Part shown: positions 1 to 13,300 of the stretch, piece by piece
Position numbering within the stretch: the stretch's first letter is position 1
Layout: the number at the start of each line of letters is the position of its first letter
Assembly (NCBI GenBank): GCA_040954595.2
Contig: CM082594.2
Coordinates: forward strand, 9,131,612 to 9,195,611
Length of the DNA stretch: 64,000 nt
Direction: 5' to 3'
From: Balanoglossus misakiensis
Taxonomy: Eukaryota > Animalia > Hemichordata
Notes under the pieces: generated by a model
Told to the model about the DNA's origin: nothing
The model's database searches: none
The model's input: the letters and a program-made list of their open reading frames with translations, nothing else
Position numbers and translations under genes: made by a program

Positions 1-1274
1 CAGTCACCTGGAACAAAGTTAAATAATGTTAGCAATGGAAATAAAAAGATTAATGTTTCAATTACAAAAACATGAAAAGGACGCTGACAATATCATCAAA
101 ATTTGACTTTTAACAACTTCAGTTTGAATGACATTTCTGCTCTTGTAAAGCTTTTTAAATCAGCAAACTCCATTAACAGGAGTGCACACAACCTCTCCTG
201 TGAAATACAACAAGGACATTTTTGTTTAGAGATTTGTATGATATACATAATACTGCAATAACAGTAATGGGGTCACGTAATACATATTATTAAAGTTAAG
301 TATTGCCAGCCATCTAATATGGAGGCCCTAGGGTTTGTGCTTTCCTATATTAAAATGCTTCTCTGTGTTACAAAGCCTCCTTTGCTTGTACTCAACTTGA
401 AAAAAAATCCCAAGACTATCGTAAAAATATCCCTAGACCCTCAAGATGTATAGTATCACGTTGGCAGTGCATGCACTGTTATTTTCCATTTTGGCAATGC
501 AACAGAATTATCTGACACCTTGAAGGCCGTCAGGAAGTTTAGATTCCCTAACTAGGTGATTATTCACCCCTTAGTAGCCAGACAAAAACACACAGTACTT
601 TGCTGTATCATATTCCCTTCCTAACAAAATTTTTAATCATTGTTTACTTTGTTACTGCAAGATTCGTGTATGAAATCAAATGTATTCAGAACGACCGACA
701 CTCAGAAAAGCTGAACAGCACTTGTAGATTCCAAGGATAAAGAAATTTATGACAAGAGAGGGAAATATTGCCATTGACCTTGAGACAAACACTGAATCTC
801 CCAAGCTTTAGAAAAGCTACAGTTGCACAAGTACCAACTGTCACATCTCTGTTGTTGGACATGACTCAGATGCTGATTAACCCACAGGGGTACTCCAGTA
901 ACATAGTAACTTGAAAATTATGTGATAAGATAGTGTTAATGAGATAACTCGTTTGCAGAGCAGAGGTGCTTCATTATCCAATGATTAATAACCTCAATTT
1001 ATCTTAACAGACATATCATCATCATTATCAACATTATAATTGATGTCTCACTTCCAAGCCTTTTGAAACTATCGCAATTAATTTGCTGTTGTTGCTTAAT
1101 TGTGACAGGTCAATGCATTACAAACTGGCCATGTTAATTTGTAAAATACACTCCAATAACCCATCAAGAAGTAAGCATATTTTGAGCAAGAATGATACAA
1201 ATACTCAGGAACCAACCAATAAAATATACAGTATCTTATAGCAAGTGCAGTTTATTTAGTAAGCTCTCTTAATG

Positions 1275-1293
1275 TGAACACCAGATGGCGCCA
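1275..1293 (+). promoter_or_regulatory. CTCF-like binding motif
   Basis: TGAACACCAGATGGCGCCA is close to the CTCF core consensus TGRCCACYAGRKGGCRCYA (one mismatch). Motif match only. Confidence 0.5.
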
Positions 1294-4200
1294 TTGACAC
1301 TATTATACATATTCCACAACCAAGCATGACTTGACAATACCGGTACAGGGAGGTTGTTTCACAGTCCATTTAAAAATCAATAGGAAAGATAACATGTTTG
1401 TTCTTTCATTATTTATTTGCAATTGGGTGTTTGAAACCAGCCTCCGGGTGATACAAATGAATATACTGCAATGCAAACAAGGCATTTGGATAAAACACGC
1501 GGCGAAAAAGAACTGAGAAATAAAGATAATTAAGACCCCATCTGAGAATGGGTAAACAATTCATCACAGGTAGAAATTCATCACAGATGACATATCTGAA
1601 AATCTAACAGATGGTTTTGATCTGGCTGGGTTTATTTGGTGTCTCACCAGTCATAACTGATTGGAAATACAAAAGTTACATAAAACCACTGAGACTCAAC
1701 AGGTGGTCTTTTCATCGAGTAGACAAACACAGAAGGAAAAAAAATAGCTATGAATAATTTATGGCTATTTGATATAAAAAATGATCATGTGTAGTAATAA
1801 TAGCAACATGAGATTTGTCCATCTGTTCCTAAATAGGGGCAGACTATTTATCCCTGGGTGGGAACAGTGTGTATTTTGAGGGATACCTGAAGGATTCAGT
1901 GTTGGAATTAAAATTTAATAATATGCAAATTAGAATAAATGTCGGCCTGCCTTGTCTGGTAAAATGGATGACCATTTATTAATCATCTGTGAGATGGGGA
2001 GAATCATAGATGAGTCTGTTGACATTTAGATTTTATGAGTAATTTCAAGACAGATTTCCTCTCTTATAAAATGAAAAATAAAATCTCAAAGAGGCTTTTT
2101 ACTTCCCCCTCCCAAACTTGAATTAACTTGTAGCAGTGATTTCATGGGGGAAATGGTAACCATGACCTAATCTCAACTGCCTTCAAGGGCTTTTCCTCAG
2201 ATCGTGATAAGTTACAGAGAGGTAGAGAATGTGTTGAAATGAGCCTTGCTTGCTGAGAAATTCCGCTGAATATTTTATGCCTGAACTTTAATTACACATC
2301 GGTGATCCCCATTGCTTACAAGTCTTCTGCTGAAAATTCTCTTTGCGGTGCTCTGCACTAGTCACCTCCAGCCACCAGAGTCACTATACTGCTGAGCCGA
2401 TCTGAATTTTTGGCCAGAAGCGACAAATCTTGATACTGTGAAATGTGCTCCAAGAGAATGTTTTGCAAACACTGACATTTTGAGCAGCGCTGAACAGACA
2501 CTTTCGCCCGACCGACTATTATGCAAATTCTTCAAATGAGTCCTGAGCACTGAAGTCTCAGAGGAAACCTACAGAATGCTGTTCACTTGCTTCCAAGAAG
2601 TGTCGACATAACAACGAAATACCACTTTCAAATTAATCTACTGTTCTGGCAGTTTTGTATTTGGGCTCGTGCACATACTTCTTGAAACCGTAAAAAGTTC
2701 CCCAATCAACCAAACATCATGTCCTTGGTTTGACTCTAACAAACACACCCTGCACTGCACTGATATGCACTTGCATTGACCTTTGCCATCAGTTATTTCT
2801 GCCTATGTGAGAACCAGGCTTGGAGTAATCAAGCATGCATCTCTATAGGTTCTGTGCATGTCAAATTCCTTCCACACATATCTATGCTGCGTATGTTACA
2901 ATCCAAGGATTTGCAATATTTATTTATGATTTGTCAACCCTCCACTGGTTTCTGCTACGCTGCAAAACATCTCACACACTTTACAAGTTTTTACCAGCTG
3001 TCAGTCAGTGCCCTAACTCAATATACTTATTTATTAACCACTTTTCGCATGAGTTACTCGCTTGCTTTTGCATCCATAACCGTACGACGAAGATGTCTGC
3101 GACATCATTTGTGTGTTGTCAAGGAATTCATGTCTACTCCAATCCAAAAAGTTACACGTACGTGTAGTGCTGATTCCATGGTTAAATCATCACAGTGCCT
3201 AAAAGAAAATCACAAAGGGCAGGGATATCTGGCACCTCATGTGTGTGCATATAAAAAAGTCATTGAAATTAAGAATGTCATTTTCAAAACATTAATTTGG
3301 CTTATATTTCAAAGTTTTGACAAATCTAAACACGTAACTTAAGTTTACTTTGAATGCTTGTTTGTGATTTTTTACTGAGATTTCCACTCAATTTCAATAA
3401 ATCATAGCTATAAAACATCATGATGAATTCACCCACTACATTCCACTTGACAATAAATTTTAAAAAACCTTCGTGTCTGATAAGGATGTAGCAAAAGTGG
3501 AAGGATTGTGGTTAGACTTTTAAAAACGTTTGGGGGAAACTAACAGCTAAGAGTCTTTATACAGCTACAAGCCAGTGTCCCCATAAAATGTGGATGATTT
3601 CAATGTACAAGTATAAAATTAGAAACATGCCATAAAGTAAATTAACCCCATCGGTAAGGACATCATGAAAAAAGAATCAATCACGGCAATGTTATTTGAA
3701 GCTGATTTGATTCTGCAAATTATCGCAAACACTTTCTCCATGATTAAAGTTCAGAAATAACGCAATATTGAAGGCAGAAGTGGTGATTTCTGCTTACCCA
3801 TTTTTATTACCAAAAGCAAATAAACTGTTTAATCCATTGGTTTTTATAACTTGTCGGTGAACTGTTCTGGGAATATTCATGGCCAATAAAATCACTGAAG
3901 TGAAAAGGATGGTATTCATATATAAATGTCTGACACATTTGTACACTGCAGCAAACCTTCCCAGTACCTTTTCGCTCATAAAACTGGGGCTACTCTGAGA
4001 TGTTTTTGAAAATCAGTAGCTTTGAGGAGTGTGAAAGTCACTCTACATTAAAACACCATAGTACGGTATATGATACACACCCCTTCAAGGACAATGTGAA
4101 ATCAGTTTGCACCAACTGGTTCAATTGAATGAGCTGTTGTCCACTTTTCTTCAGTTGCTATACTTAGCACTGAGATTTTGACAATTACTAAATTATCATT

Positions 4201-7200
4201 GTAATTATACCCACTCTTCTGAAAGCAAGTTTATTAGGTTAAACAATGCGCTGACCAGGCCTCACACTTTAGAATTCCAGACCTTTCAAATTACCACAAG
4301 GAGAGAAATTGTGAGTACGTAATTGAATGCCATTTTTCGTAATTCCGAAAAACAATTTCTGAAAAATAAAATATTCCAAATGTGTTAGCTGGGTAAGGTT
4401 ATAACTTCCAAGTCATTCGCGTTGAGAATTCATAGTTAGCCTATAAAAGATTGCAATTACATCAGCGCTTGGTAGTTGGCATCTGATTCTGGATGATGTG
4501 GTTGATTGCAACTGACATTTTATGCATTATATAACTTTATTGGTTAATTCTTAAATTAATTTTCCTAAATGCAAGTAGCAATTATCAAATCAGAACCTGG
4601 CTTGCATGGTGAGTAGGCTGAGTCAGTTCAATGCACAGTAGCTGTATCCTTCAATATATCATCTGTAGTTTTAGCTCCCAGTTGGTACATGTACCAGTAT
4701 ACATAAAAATAGGAGCTTATGGGATCAGTTGGTGTTTGTCATCTGTAGGGCTGCAAGTTTTAGTTTTTATTGACCATGGTTTCTAATACTCCCACAGAAA
4801 AATATTCACTGGTTTTGCATTTTCAGAAAAAAAAGAAACATCTTACATTATCTTAAAACATGACATAAGCCCAGTGAAATAAACCATTATGTAATAAAAT
4901 ATTGATGTTACTTAACCATTTTACATATGATAATTTTTAATGGAAGTTTGAGAATTTGCGAGTGAAAATGCCAGCTTGTACTTTTAAAAGCATTCGTGAC
5001 AAGCAATGATGGAAACCTGCATATTAAAATATGAGAATTCCACCCTGTGTCAAATATTTTTGTGCAGCAACAGAGGACCTCCAAAAATTGGTCAAAGAAA
5101 TTTAATTAAGAGATGAAAAAATGCCGACCATGCAAGTCTGATTAAAACTGTGGTGATCACTTGCTTATCAATTATGATGACCTAAGTTATCCTTTTCTGC
5201 ATCAAAGTCTCTGTGGTCGTGCAATCTTCCCAAGAAACCCGGCTAACGATGTAATCTTGTATATTCACCATATATAATTAGTGTTGGATACTTTTAAGAA
5301 CTATGTTAACCGAACCTTAGTTACTGCCATTTCCTAAACACAGTAAACGCCTAAAAACAGCCACAAAAAGAAGCCATAACAACCTAGATTCTATGTGGGA
5401 TAAATTGCAACTGGGTTTTAAATTGATTAGGATACAGATTATGGCTAAAATTACAAACCAGTATATTCAGAACGCATTACCTTTATCATTAATTTAATCT
5501 TTTTATGTGGAGTTACGGCAACATTGCTGTTATTCTACTGGTTCTGATTAAAAAACCTTGAAAACTCACAAGTCAAAGGGATTTGTTGACGAGTTTGGCT
5601 GAACTGTTTACACATTGAGGCTTAATTGCCTTTCTGGGAATAGGTCAAATTTCCCTACACACAGGAGCTCCATACATAGGGCCCATGCTAGCAAGGGTTC
5701 AGATGGCTTCTTGCATGGAAATTCTACTTTTTAACTGGAAAGATCAAAGATGCTCCATTATCTCATTGCCTGTGGTGTTTTGACGGTTCTAAAACTAACG
5801 CTGCTATTATCTCCAGTCAAACTGGGCAAAGGATGTACCACACAGGTCACATGGTGACAAAGTTTGCTCTGCCAAGGCATGTGGTAAGAGCTTTTTCTGA
5901 GAAATGCCCAGAAGTTATTCATTTTAAGGAAGGAGGAAACACTTCTCGGCAAGGATTTGTCACGTTAAAAAAGTTTATAGTGTTTCAAGTGGTGCAACTA
6001 GTTTTGTGTACAGGGCAGTGCATTAACATAAAGTAGCATTTGCAAGTTGAAGCAAAAGATAGCAATCTATGGTGAATATAGTCTTAAAAACATTACAGGA
6101 TTGGAAAATCTGTTAATTATATAACGTGTATCAATTGCTTGAAATAGTGGATTTCTTTCACCATGCTTGAGACATCAAGCAAGATCGTACTGTTTAGATG
6201 GAGCAGGGACATCAGGTGTACTAATCACATACTATTCAGGCACTTCTCTTCTGCTAAGTTACGCATCTCGGAATTGGGTCACAAAAAGCCACGGGAACCG
6301 GAATGTCAAAAGTGTCAGATGCAGGATGAAAACAGAAACAAATGAAAGCCTCCGATTATTTGATTTACGCAGGCCCGTTACGCTGTTTTGTACTCTATGC
6401 TGGGCTGGATTACAGGATATAAGTCACATGGCTATAGCCCAGTGATGTGCGTCACTAGCCCTTAAGCACATCTTTGTTGTTGGGGTATGGATATGCAGAT
6501 CAGGTTTCAGGATAAGACATTTTGCATTTTCTGACTACTGCACTGTGGAGAGGTGTCTGTTATTCTATACTTTGACTACATTTCCTTCCTTTTTTTGCCC
6601 GTTCCACTTCAGTATTTTTTGCAGTTTACTCAAAATTTTATCTACAACTGACATGTTTCAATAAATCAGTAAAGGGTCTCTTTTTTACAGAAATATAATA
6701 CACTTTGTGTCTCCCCTTTGTGTGAATATAAGCATCACTCCATAAACTAAACCCTTGGTCTCTTTGATGTCTAGAATTCCACAATTTCGGAATTGTACAT
6801 TCAGCGTTCAACATTTCGTGTTCAATAAAGATTCGAACATGCTCTGGATGCATCAGGAACAATTTACTAAGTAGTCCTTACAAATACAATAATCAAGAAA
6901 ATATCACATCATGAGGCAGAACACAGCTTTGTGGTGTACCATTACCTAGTTTCCAGAGAAATCACATGTTTCTGCACAAGTTATCCATTCAGTTGGAAAG
7001 TGCTTGATTACTCTTTCTGAATGTACAAAGTGGCTACATCTAGCAAGACTTGTTACAAACAACTGAAAATAGCTAAGACATCATTTTATAACAAATGTAG
7101 TGCATAAATGTAGTGCCAAATCCATTGTTACTTTCAGTTGACACATTTTTCTCATTTTTCCACATTGCTGCCACAAACAGACTTGAAATTCATGTGTCTT

Positions 7201-9342
7201 GACAAAAACAAATACAAGAACTGGCAGGTTGGTGTTGAAATTAATGACGGACAAATATCCTATTCACTTCATGGATTAAATTGCCTTTTTTGGAGAGACT
7301 AATTGGGAAGCCCTGTCAAGAGGAACTAATTCATATGCAAATCTTGTATCAGGTAGATCCAATAACACAGCAAGTCAATTTAGCACATCAGGACCAGAAT
7401 CCATTTTCTTGCTCCTAAAATACTTTTATGTATTAGACTGGTGGTTTCACGAGTCCATCTGAGATTAGGAATGACTCAACAGAAATAAAAACATCCGTCA
7501 TAAAGTTTTGAATTTTATGATCAGAAGGCTAATGATTCGCATATCTACATTGATTCCGGGAGTTTACATGTACAGTGCAATGATAAAAATTTGATGTGCT
7601 CTCTGTGGATTGCTTGTGGATTTTCATTACTGGAATGAAAAAATCAATCTTAAACCGACGGTTGCCAAATCCTGATATTGCATTTACCTTGTGCAAAAAC
7701 ATCAATGTTGAAAATAGAATGTCAAATTAAAGCTTAAGGCTGCCTTCTTTCCTCCATGCATTGATTTGCGCTTTCGTGAACTCGTTTGTTCTGGCAGTGA
7801 TTGCGGCAGGCGTCAATGTTAAGTTACGATGAGTTCAAAATCATAATTAGTTCAAATCTCCCCATAGAATTGAACCTCGTTTCTGAATGATATACCACGT
7901 TTAGTAAGATCAAGTATGCTGTCAGCATGTCTGGGATATGTGTGTCCCAAGACAGTCAGACAGTGTGGGTAGGATCGTACAGGATTAGTTGCAACATCCA
8001 ACATGGAAGTAGTTGTCTTTCAATTCTACAAAATGGCACAGAAATCAACTGCATGAAACGATTAGGTCAGCCTCTTCTCTTTCTCAGAGAAGTCGTAAAC
8101 TAATTAATCTCTCTGGTCAGAACATGGGATTTAGAATGAGAAGGCTGTTTGATTAAAGAGAAACATCTGAAGCAAGACGCTTCCCCCCAATTTCAGTTCA
8201 GTGTACAAAGATACTTCTTATCTTTGTGTTGTCTTCCTAACCAACATTTTCACCAAGAGCATGATGAAGTCTTTCTTTTTTGTGACTTGACTAAACTAAA
8301 AAAGTGGTAGGATTAACTGTCCCTTTTTTGTCAGATTTAATAGCTTTTCATGTGAAGAACTAATACTTGTACTTTTTTCATCAATAGGTGAATGTATTTG
8401 TTAACGCCTCAGTCGCCTGTAACATCTGACTATGTGGGCAGGACTGTCACACTTCTTGACCTGACATATGATATGTCTACAAAGAATGGCTATGGGGAGT
8501 TTCAAACTCAATTTGTGCCTTCCAGCAACCAATTAACACTCTGCTTTTACAAATACAAGCAGTAAGAGAAAAGGGCAGGGTCTGTGTTCTTTTTATCGCA
8601 GACAGACTTCTGTAATCTTGAACGGCTAACACATGACTTCATGTAAATTTTATGTTCATATTACTTTACCATGTAGGAAGATTTGTAGTGACATTAAACT
8701 GAGGGCTACGCCATGCGCTGCTGTAATACCTGGGGAGTTTTATCCTTCTCGTTCAGCAACCTTGGGAGAGTTGCAAACACCAAACAGTAATAATTCATGA
8801 TTACTGAAAATACCTGCGTGGCCAAATGAAAACACTCGCTACTTAGATGTTATTTATGTATGTGTTCACAGACTCCAGCATGCTCGAAGGGAAAAGTGAG
8901 AGGCACTCTGACAGTTACCAACACTTCTTTATGAAGCATAAAAGCATGAAGTGAAGAGTGAAAATACAGATTATTTGCTGTCGCTTCGGTATTTACATTG
9001 CAAATGCAGCCACAGCCACTAGTGCGAATTTTTGTCGAGCAAGCATTGTCTTTCTGACGGTACAATTTTGCCTGTTGTTGGAATAGCTGAATTTGATATA
9101 TAAAATGATAACGTCTTTTCAATTTGGTTTGGATTTGTGTATTATATGATTCAACAAGTAAATCAGAACAGCAAGAATACACACTAATAAAATAGTGATA
9201 AAAGTTGCACATAGAATTCTCACTGGCATCTTGAAGGCAGTCACTATAGACTTGTTTTCAATTTCTTGAGGCCTTTCTGGTAAAAGGGACCCATAATTTA
9301 TGTTTTGTTAAGAACAATAAAATTTGATTTACTGATTTCGCA

Positions 9343-9383
9343 TAAAATATTGATACTATATAAGAAGTTGTATCAATATTTTA
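9343..9383. repeat. Perfect 14-bp inverted repeat with 13-nt spacer
   Basis: taaaatattgatac (9343-9356) and gtatcaatatttta (9370-9383) are exact reverse complements. Confidence 0.85.
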
Positions 9384-10317
9384 AGTGAGTGGATAATAAT
9401 TTCTTATCACACATACATGTCAGTGTCAGGTTTTTGGTTTAGATATGATTCCCTCATATTAATATGACTCAAAGAACAAGATAGCCCTTGGTAATGCAAA
9501 GAGTATACCTTTCTCCAGTGAAATCATTCATAAACAGGAAACGTGGCATTTCAGTCCGTGTTACCATGGATATGTAAGTTTCAGAGGGACTCGGCCCCGC
9601 TGAACTTTAACAATTCACCTCAGGGCTACTCAAATGTCACCTCTATGCACTGAATCAAAGTTTGACTTGAAAATGAATGGTCATAATTTAACTTAAGCTT
9701 TCTCCCCCACATGTTCACCATAATATTAAAATCAATCCTTATACAGATATCAAGCCATCCATTTCTCCATATAGAATGATGTTTATTTTCAGTAATTGCA
9801 TTAAAAATAAGATAATAAATTTCCATGATTATTTCAATGAGAAATAATCACGTGCAGAATTTGACTGTGATTTCAATCACCATGATCTCAATGAAGTGAA
9901 GCATTATAAAATGTAATTTAATCATTGAAAATTCAATTAACCATCTTTAATGACACTCTCCAACATCATTTTATGTTGGTTATGTATTCTAACAAATTAT
10001 TCATATGAGTGAGAGTTTGTGGATAATCTGATTAATTAATATTTTAATATTCTCTTGATAAAATGACAGAATTTCACTTCATATTGTCTTGATTATGTTG
10101 GCAAGCAAAATAGACAACCTATTTAATTTTTTACAAATAAATAAACTATCATTGTGAAACAGCGAACCAGATTTTAGAGAATGATGCAGTACCATAATAT
10201 ATTGACAACTGGTAAAATGGTGACATGCAAATGAGACATCAATTACACTGTAAATATGAAGATCATTCTTTTGAAGAGCTCCATATTTATTTTCCAAATA
10301 AATACTGTGTTTCTTAC

Positions 10318-10366
10318 CTGCTCTGCTTTCACTGTCAGCAGGTTTGACTTGGATCGGCCGGTTCAT
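10318..10366 (-). CDS. CELF4: Internal coding exon (49 nt, phase 0 to phase 1) of a CELF3/4/5/6-subfamily CUGBP Elav-like RNA-binding protein; end of RRM1 plus RRM1-RRM2 linker
   Basis: Minus strand reads ttttttctctctcttttgcag|ATG AAC CGG CCG ATC CAA GTC AAA CCT GCT GAC AGT GAA AGC AGA GCA G|gtaaga. The peptide MNRPIQVKPADSESRA matches the known CELF3-6 motif MNRPIQVKPADSESRG, with a canonical polypyrimidine acceptor and GTAAG donor. The symbol is nominal: an invertebrate gene would be co-orthologous to CELF3-6. Confidence 0.95.
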
Positions 10367-13300
10367 CTGCAAAAGAGAGAGAAAAAATATTTTCATTATA
10401 AAAACCTCATTACAATAAATACAATTCTCATAAGAGATTGCATTCGGCACCTTTGCAAATGAACCAAGCAAGTGAGATTATCAGACAAGCCATTTGTTCT
10501 GATTTGAATCTAAATTACTTTAATTTGCTTCAGATTTCAAACTCAAAATTGCACCCAAGTACTTCCAAAGAACTCAATTTATGAATAGAATGACTCAGTT
10601 TTATTTCCTAGAACAGCGCAAGGAAACCCTCTGGAAATAATTCCATGTAGAAGTATAGTTTGATCCAAAAACACAGTTGTCACATTTTACTATTCGAATG
10701 TCACTAATGCAACTACTGTGAGTGTTCTCTATATTACTATTCCCTATGCATACATTACAGTAACTGCTTGATGAAAATTCAAACGGTTTTAAACACCAGC
10801 TAGAAAAAGGAATAGAATTCACACACAAAACACATGCACTGATCTTATCAAATTAAATGGCGCATCGATCTATCAGTCATATATATTTCCTGTGGAAGAA
10901 ATTTCCATGAGATAATATACAGAGTTGGGCTGTTGTACAATTAAGTCCGCGCACATCCTCAGTCAGCAGAATCAGTGAAAATGCATCTCACTTGTGACAC
11001 CTTCCACAAGGTTGGGCTAATCAATTATGCGCCAACTTTTTCAGCCTATAAAATTTTATTATGATGGTGGGATAAGTGCACATCTAAAATGCTATTTGAT
11101 AATGGCTTGGCAGATGAATGTCAAAGGAAGAGCAGTAGCAAGGCAAATTAACTTGCGATCCAGTTTTTGATTCGATTCCAGGAAATGTGAAAGGCAATAG
11201 CATCAGGTTCACGTGATGACTATAAAATGACAGATAATATTGCAATGAAATTGGCCAAATTTGTTACTATTAAGTCTTGTGGACAAAACATGACCAGGGG
11301 TTGTTATCGTTAAAAGGGAAAATATTTTAAAATATCTAAAATGATTGATGGCAACAATTTTACATGGTCTTTTTTTAGAAAACATTTTGTACCATCTGAA
11401 TTGACTTTTATGGAAATAAATTCACTAAGAAGGACACATTAGGAGAGTGAAAAAGTGTGGAAATCACAATTTTCATTTCCCAATGATGTCTAAAACTTTC
11501 AGTCTAAGGTGCATGGATCCAAGCTTCAGTTTGTCTGTCATAGCTTTATGGTAAGCCGGATCACCAATGTGTCCAGTCAATTGCAATGTGGGCAGGATAA
11601 TTTATCATGATACCTCGCTTCTCATTTGACTTTGTTAGTAAGCAAATTACAAGCTCCTTTTTCCTTATCAGTTCAACTTCTTAGTATTAGTCAATGTGGC
11701 AACTCTCTTACAATTTTTAAATTGACTCTGTAAGATAAACGTCGCCTCGGACTAATGTACAGACACTATCAGGCTGATTTGAATCTGTGCCACTTTGCAT
11801 GCTAAGCTAGAGTAGGTACTTTTTTCTCATTCATGTACTGTGAAGAAAGCAGTAATTTTGACAGTTGAAATGCACAATTGAACATGCATATGACTGTGAA
11901 CTCAGAGCAGAAACTGTCATTTGCTGATCGGAATTCTAATGAGCTCTCAGTCGAGTAGAACTAGGATAAAACCTATTCAAGAAGTGTACTGCTTTCTTTG
12001 AAAACCAAAGCTAATCTAGCTACATTTTGTACCTAGACCTATAAAGTATAACTATCCCATCGGGGTGTGATTCGAACAATAAAATTTTATCCTCAGGCAA
12101 GGAAAGTGAAAGGTCTACACAAATGTCCTGGAGAGATTTACAAAATGAAAAAGTGTTTTATATTATGCAAAAGTCTGGGGAATAACAATGTATTGGGGAA
12201 AACCCAGAATTCTTAGGTTGCTTTTATTGCTAACTAAACACAATAAAGTTGATCTAATCTGGAGATTAAAGTACCCTAAAAATGGTCTTTTTATCATCCA
12301 AAACTCTTAAGTGCTGACGGCATGGCTGTGAAATCAGCTGAGCTGTTACTCTTTTGTTATTGGTTGGCACAAGAATCACCTGATAGCTGTCAACAATAGA
12401 GATGGATGTGAGCTTTTAAGGCCACATTTTCCTTCTGGTTTCAAGACTAAAATCTGTCAGAGTTCCGCAGTACACGAATCTAGCTTCTAGGCAATATGAC
12501 TGGCATTAGTCTAACCATCTTTCAATTAGTCTGATCACACAACAGCTGCCATAATGGCATATTTCTTATCATAACATTGATAAGGGATTTACTCTTCTCA
12601 TTATGGATAATGCACCACACCTCTGAATCGTTGCCAAGTGACCTAGACCTCAGCGTGTCAAGTGGCACGGCTAGCAATAAATCACAACCTTCATATAAAA
12701 CAGACCATGCATACATATTTGCAAATTCTGTGCCAAGATACTTTTCATACAACCATGTAAAAACTAAGCACCCGCTGTACAACTGAAAAAAACATCTGTA
12801 TTGACCATGTAAATCTCATTCTGACAACACTTGTATTTGACAGTAATTCAGTCAGATTGTCTCAGTCTATTTTCTTCGTTAACATCCACACCTGCTGTTT
12901 TGCAAAGCCAAGACACTTCAGCTGAGCATCATGGGAAACTCCCACTTTCCAGTTTCCCCGAGTTTATTTGCGAGTCACGACTCCAAGTTTGATTGACAGG
13001 TTCAAAAAGGCACGAAGACCCTGGATTTTTAAAACTTGACAGAGAAAGCAGTGCTCACGTATATTGCTTACTAATAGTTTAACAGCTTTTTAATCTAGAC
13101 ATCTATTACTGCAAGGACATCGTCAAAGCCAATAAACTTTCTGACACAGAACAAGTGAAATGACCATTGGTGATCTCTCTGCTGAACAAGACAACTTTAC
13201 TCATCTAACGCTGCACACATCTCAACTGCTAAATCCATTAAGATTGGAACTATAATGGCGCAGATTCTGAGAAATCAAGGTTTCAAATAAACCTCAATGT

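Larger units (their letters stand above)
1..10317 (-). other. Intron downstream of the MNRPIQVK exon (may end at the acceptor near position 8)
   Basis: Starts with GTAAGA at 10317. The expected next exon (E/DRKLFVGML..., RRM2) was not found in 1-10317. Confidence 0.75.

Noticed and set aside
2776-3342. Longest ORF in the track (188 aa, plus strand)
   Set aside because: TTG start, composition typical of translated non-coding DNA (rich in C, F, H, S), no recognisable domain, antisense within an intron.
10079-10471. 130-aa ORF taken as a whole gene
   Set aside because: Only the 16 codons between the splice sites match CELF; the rest is intron read-through.
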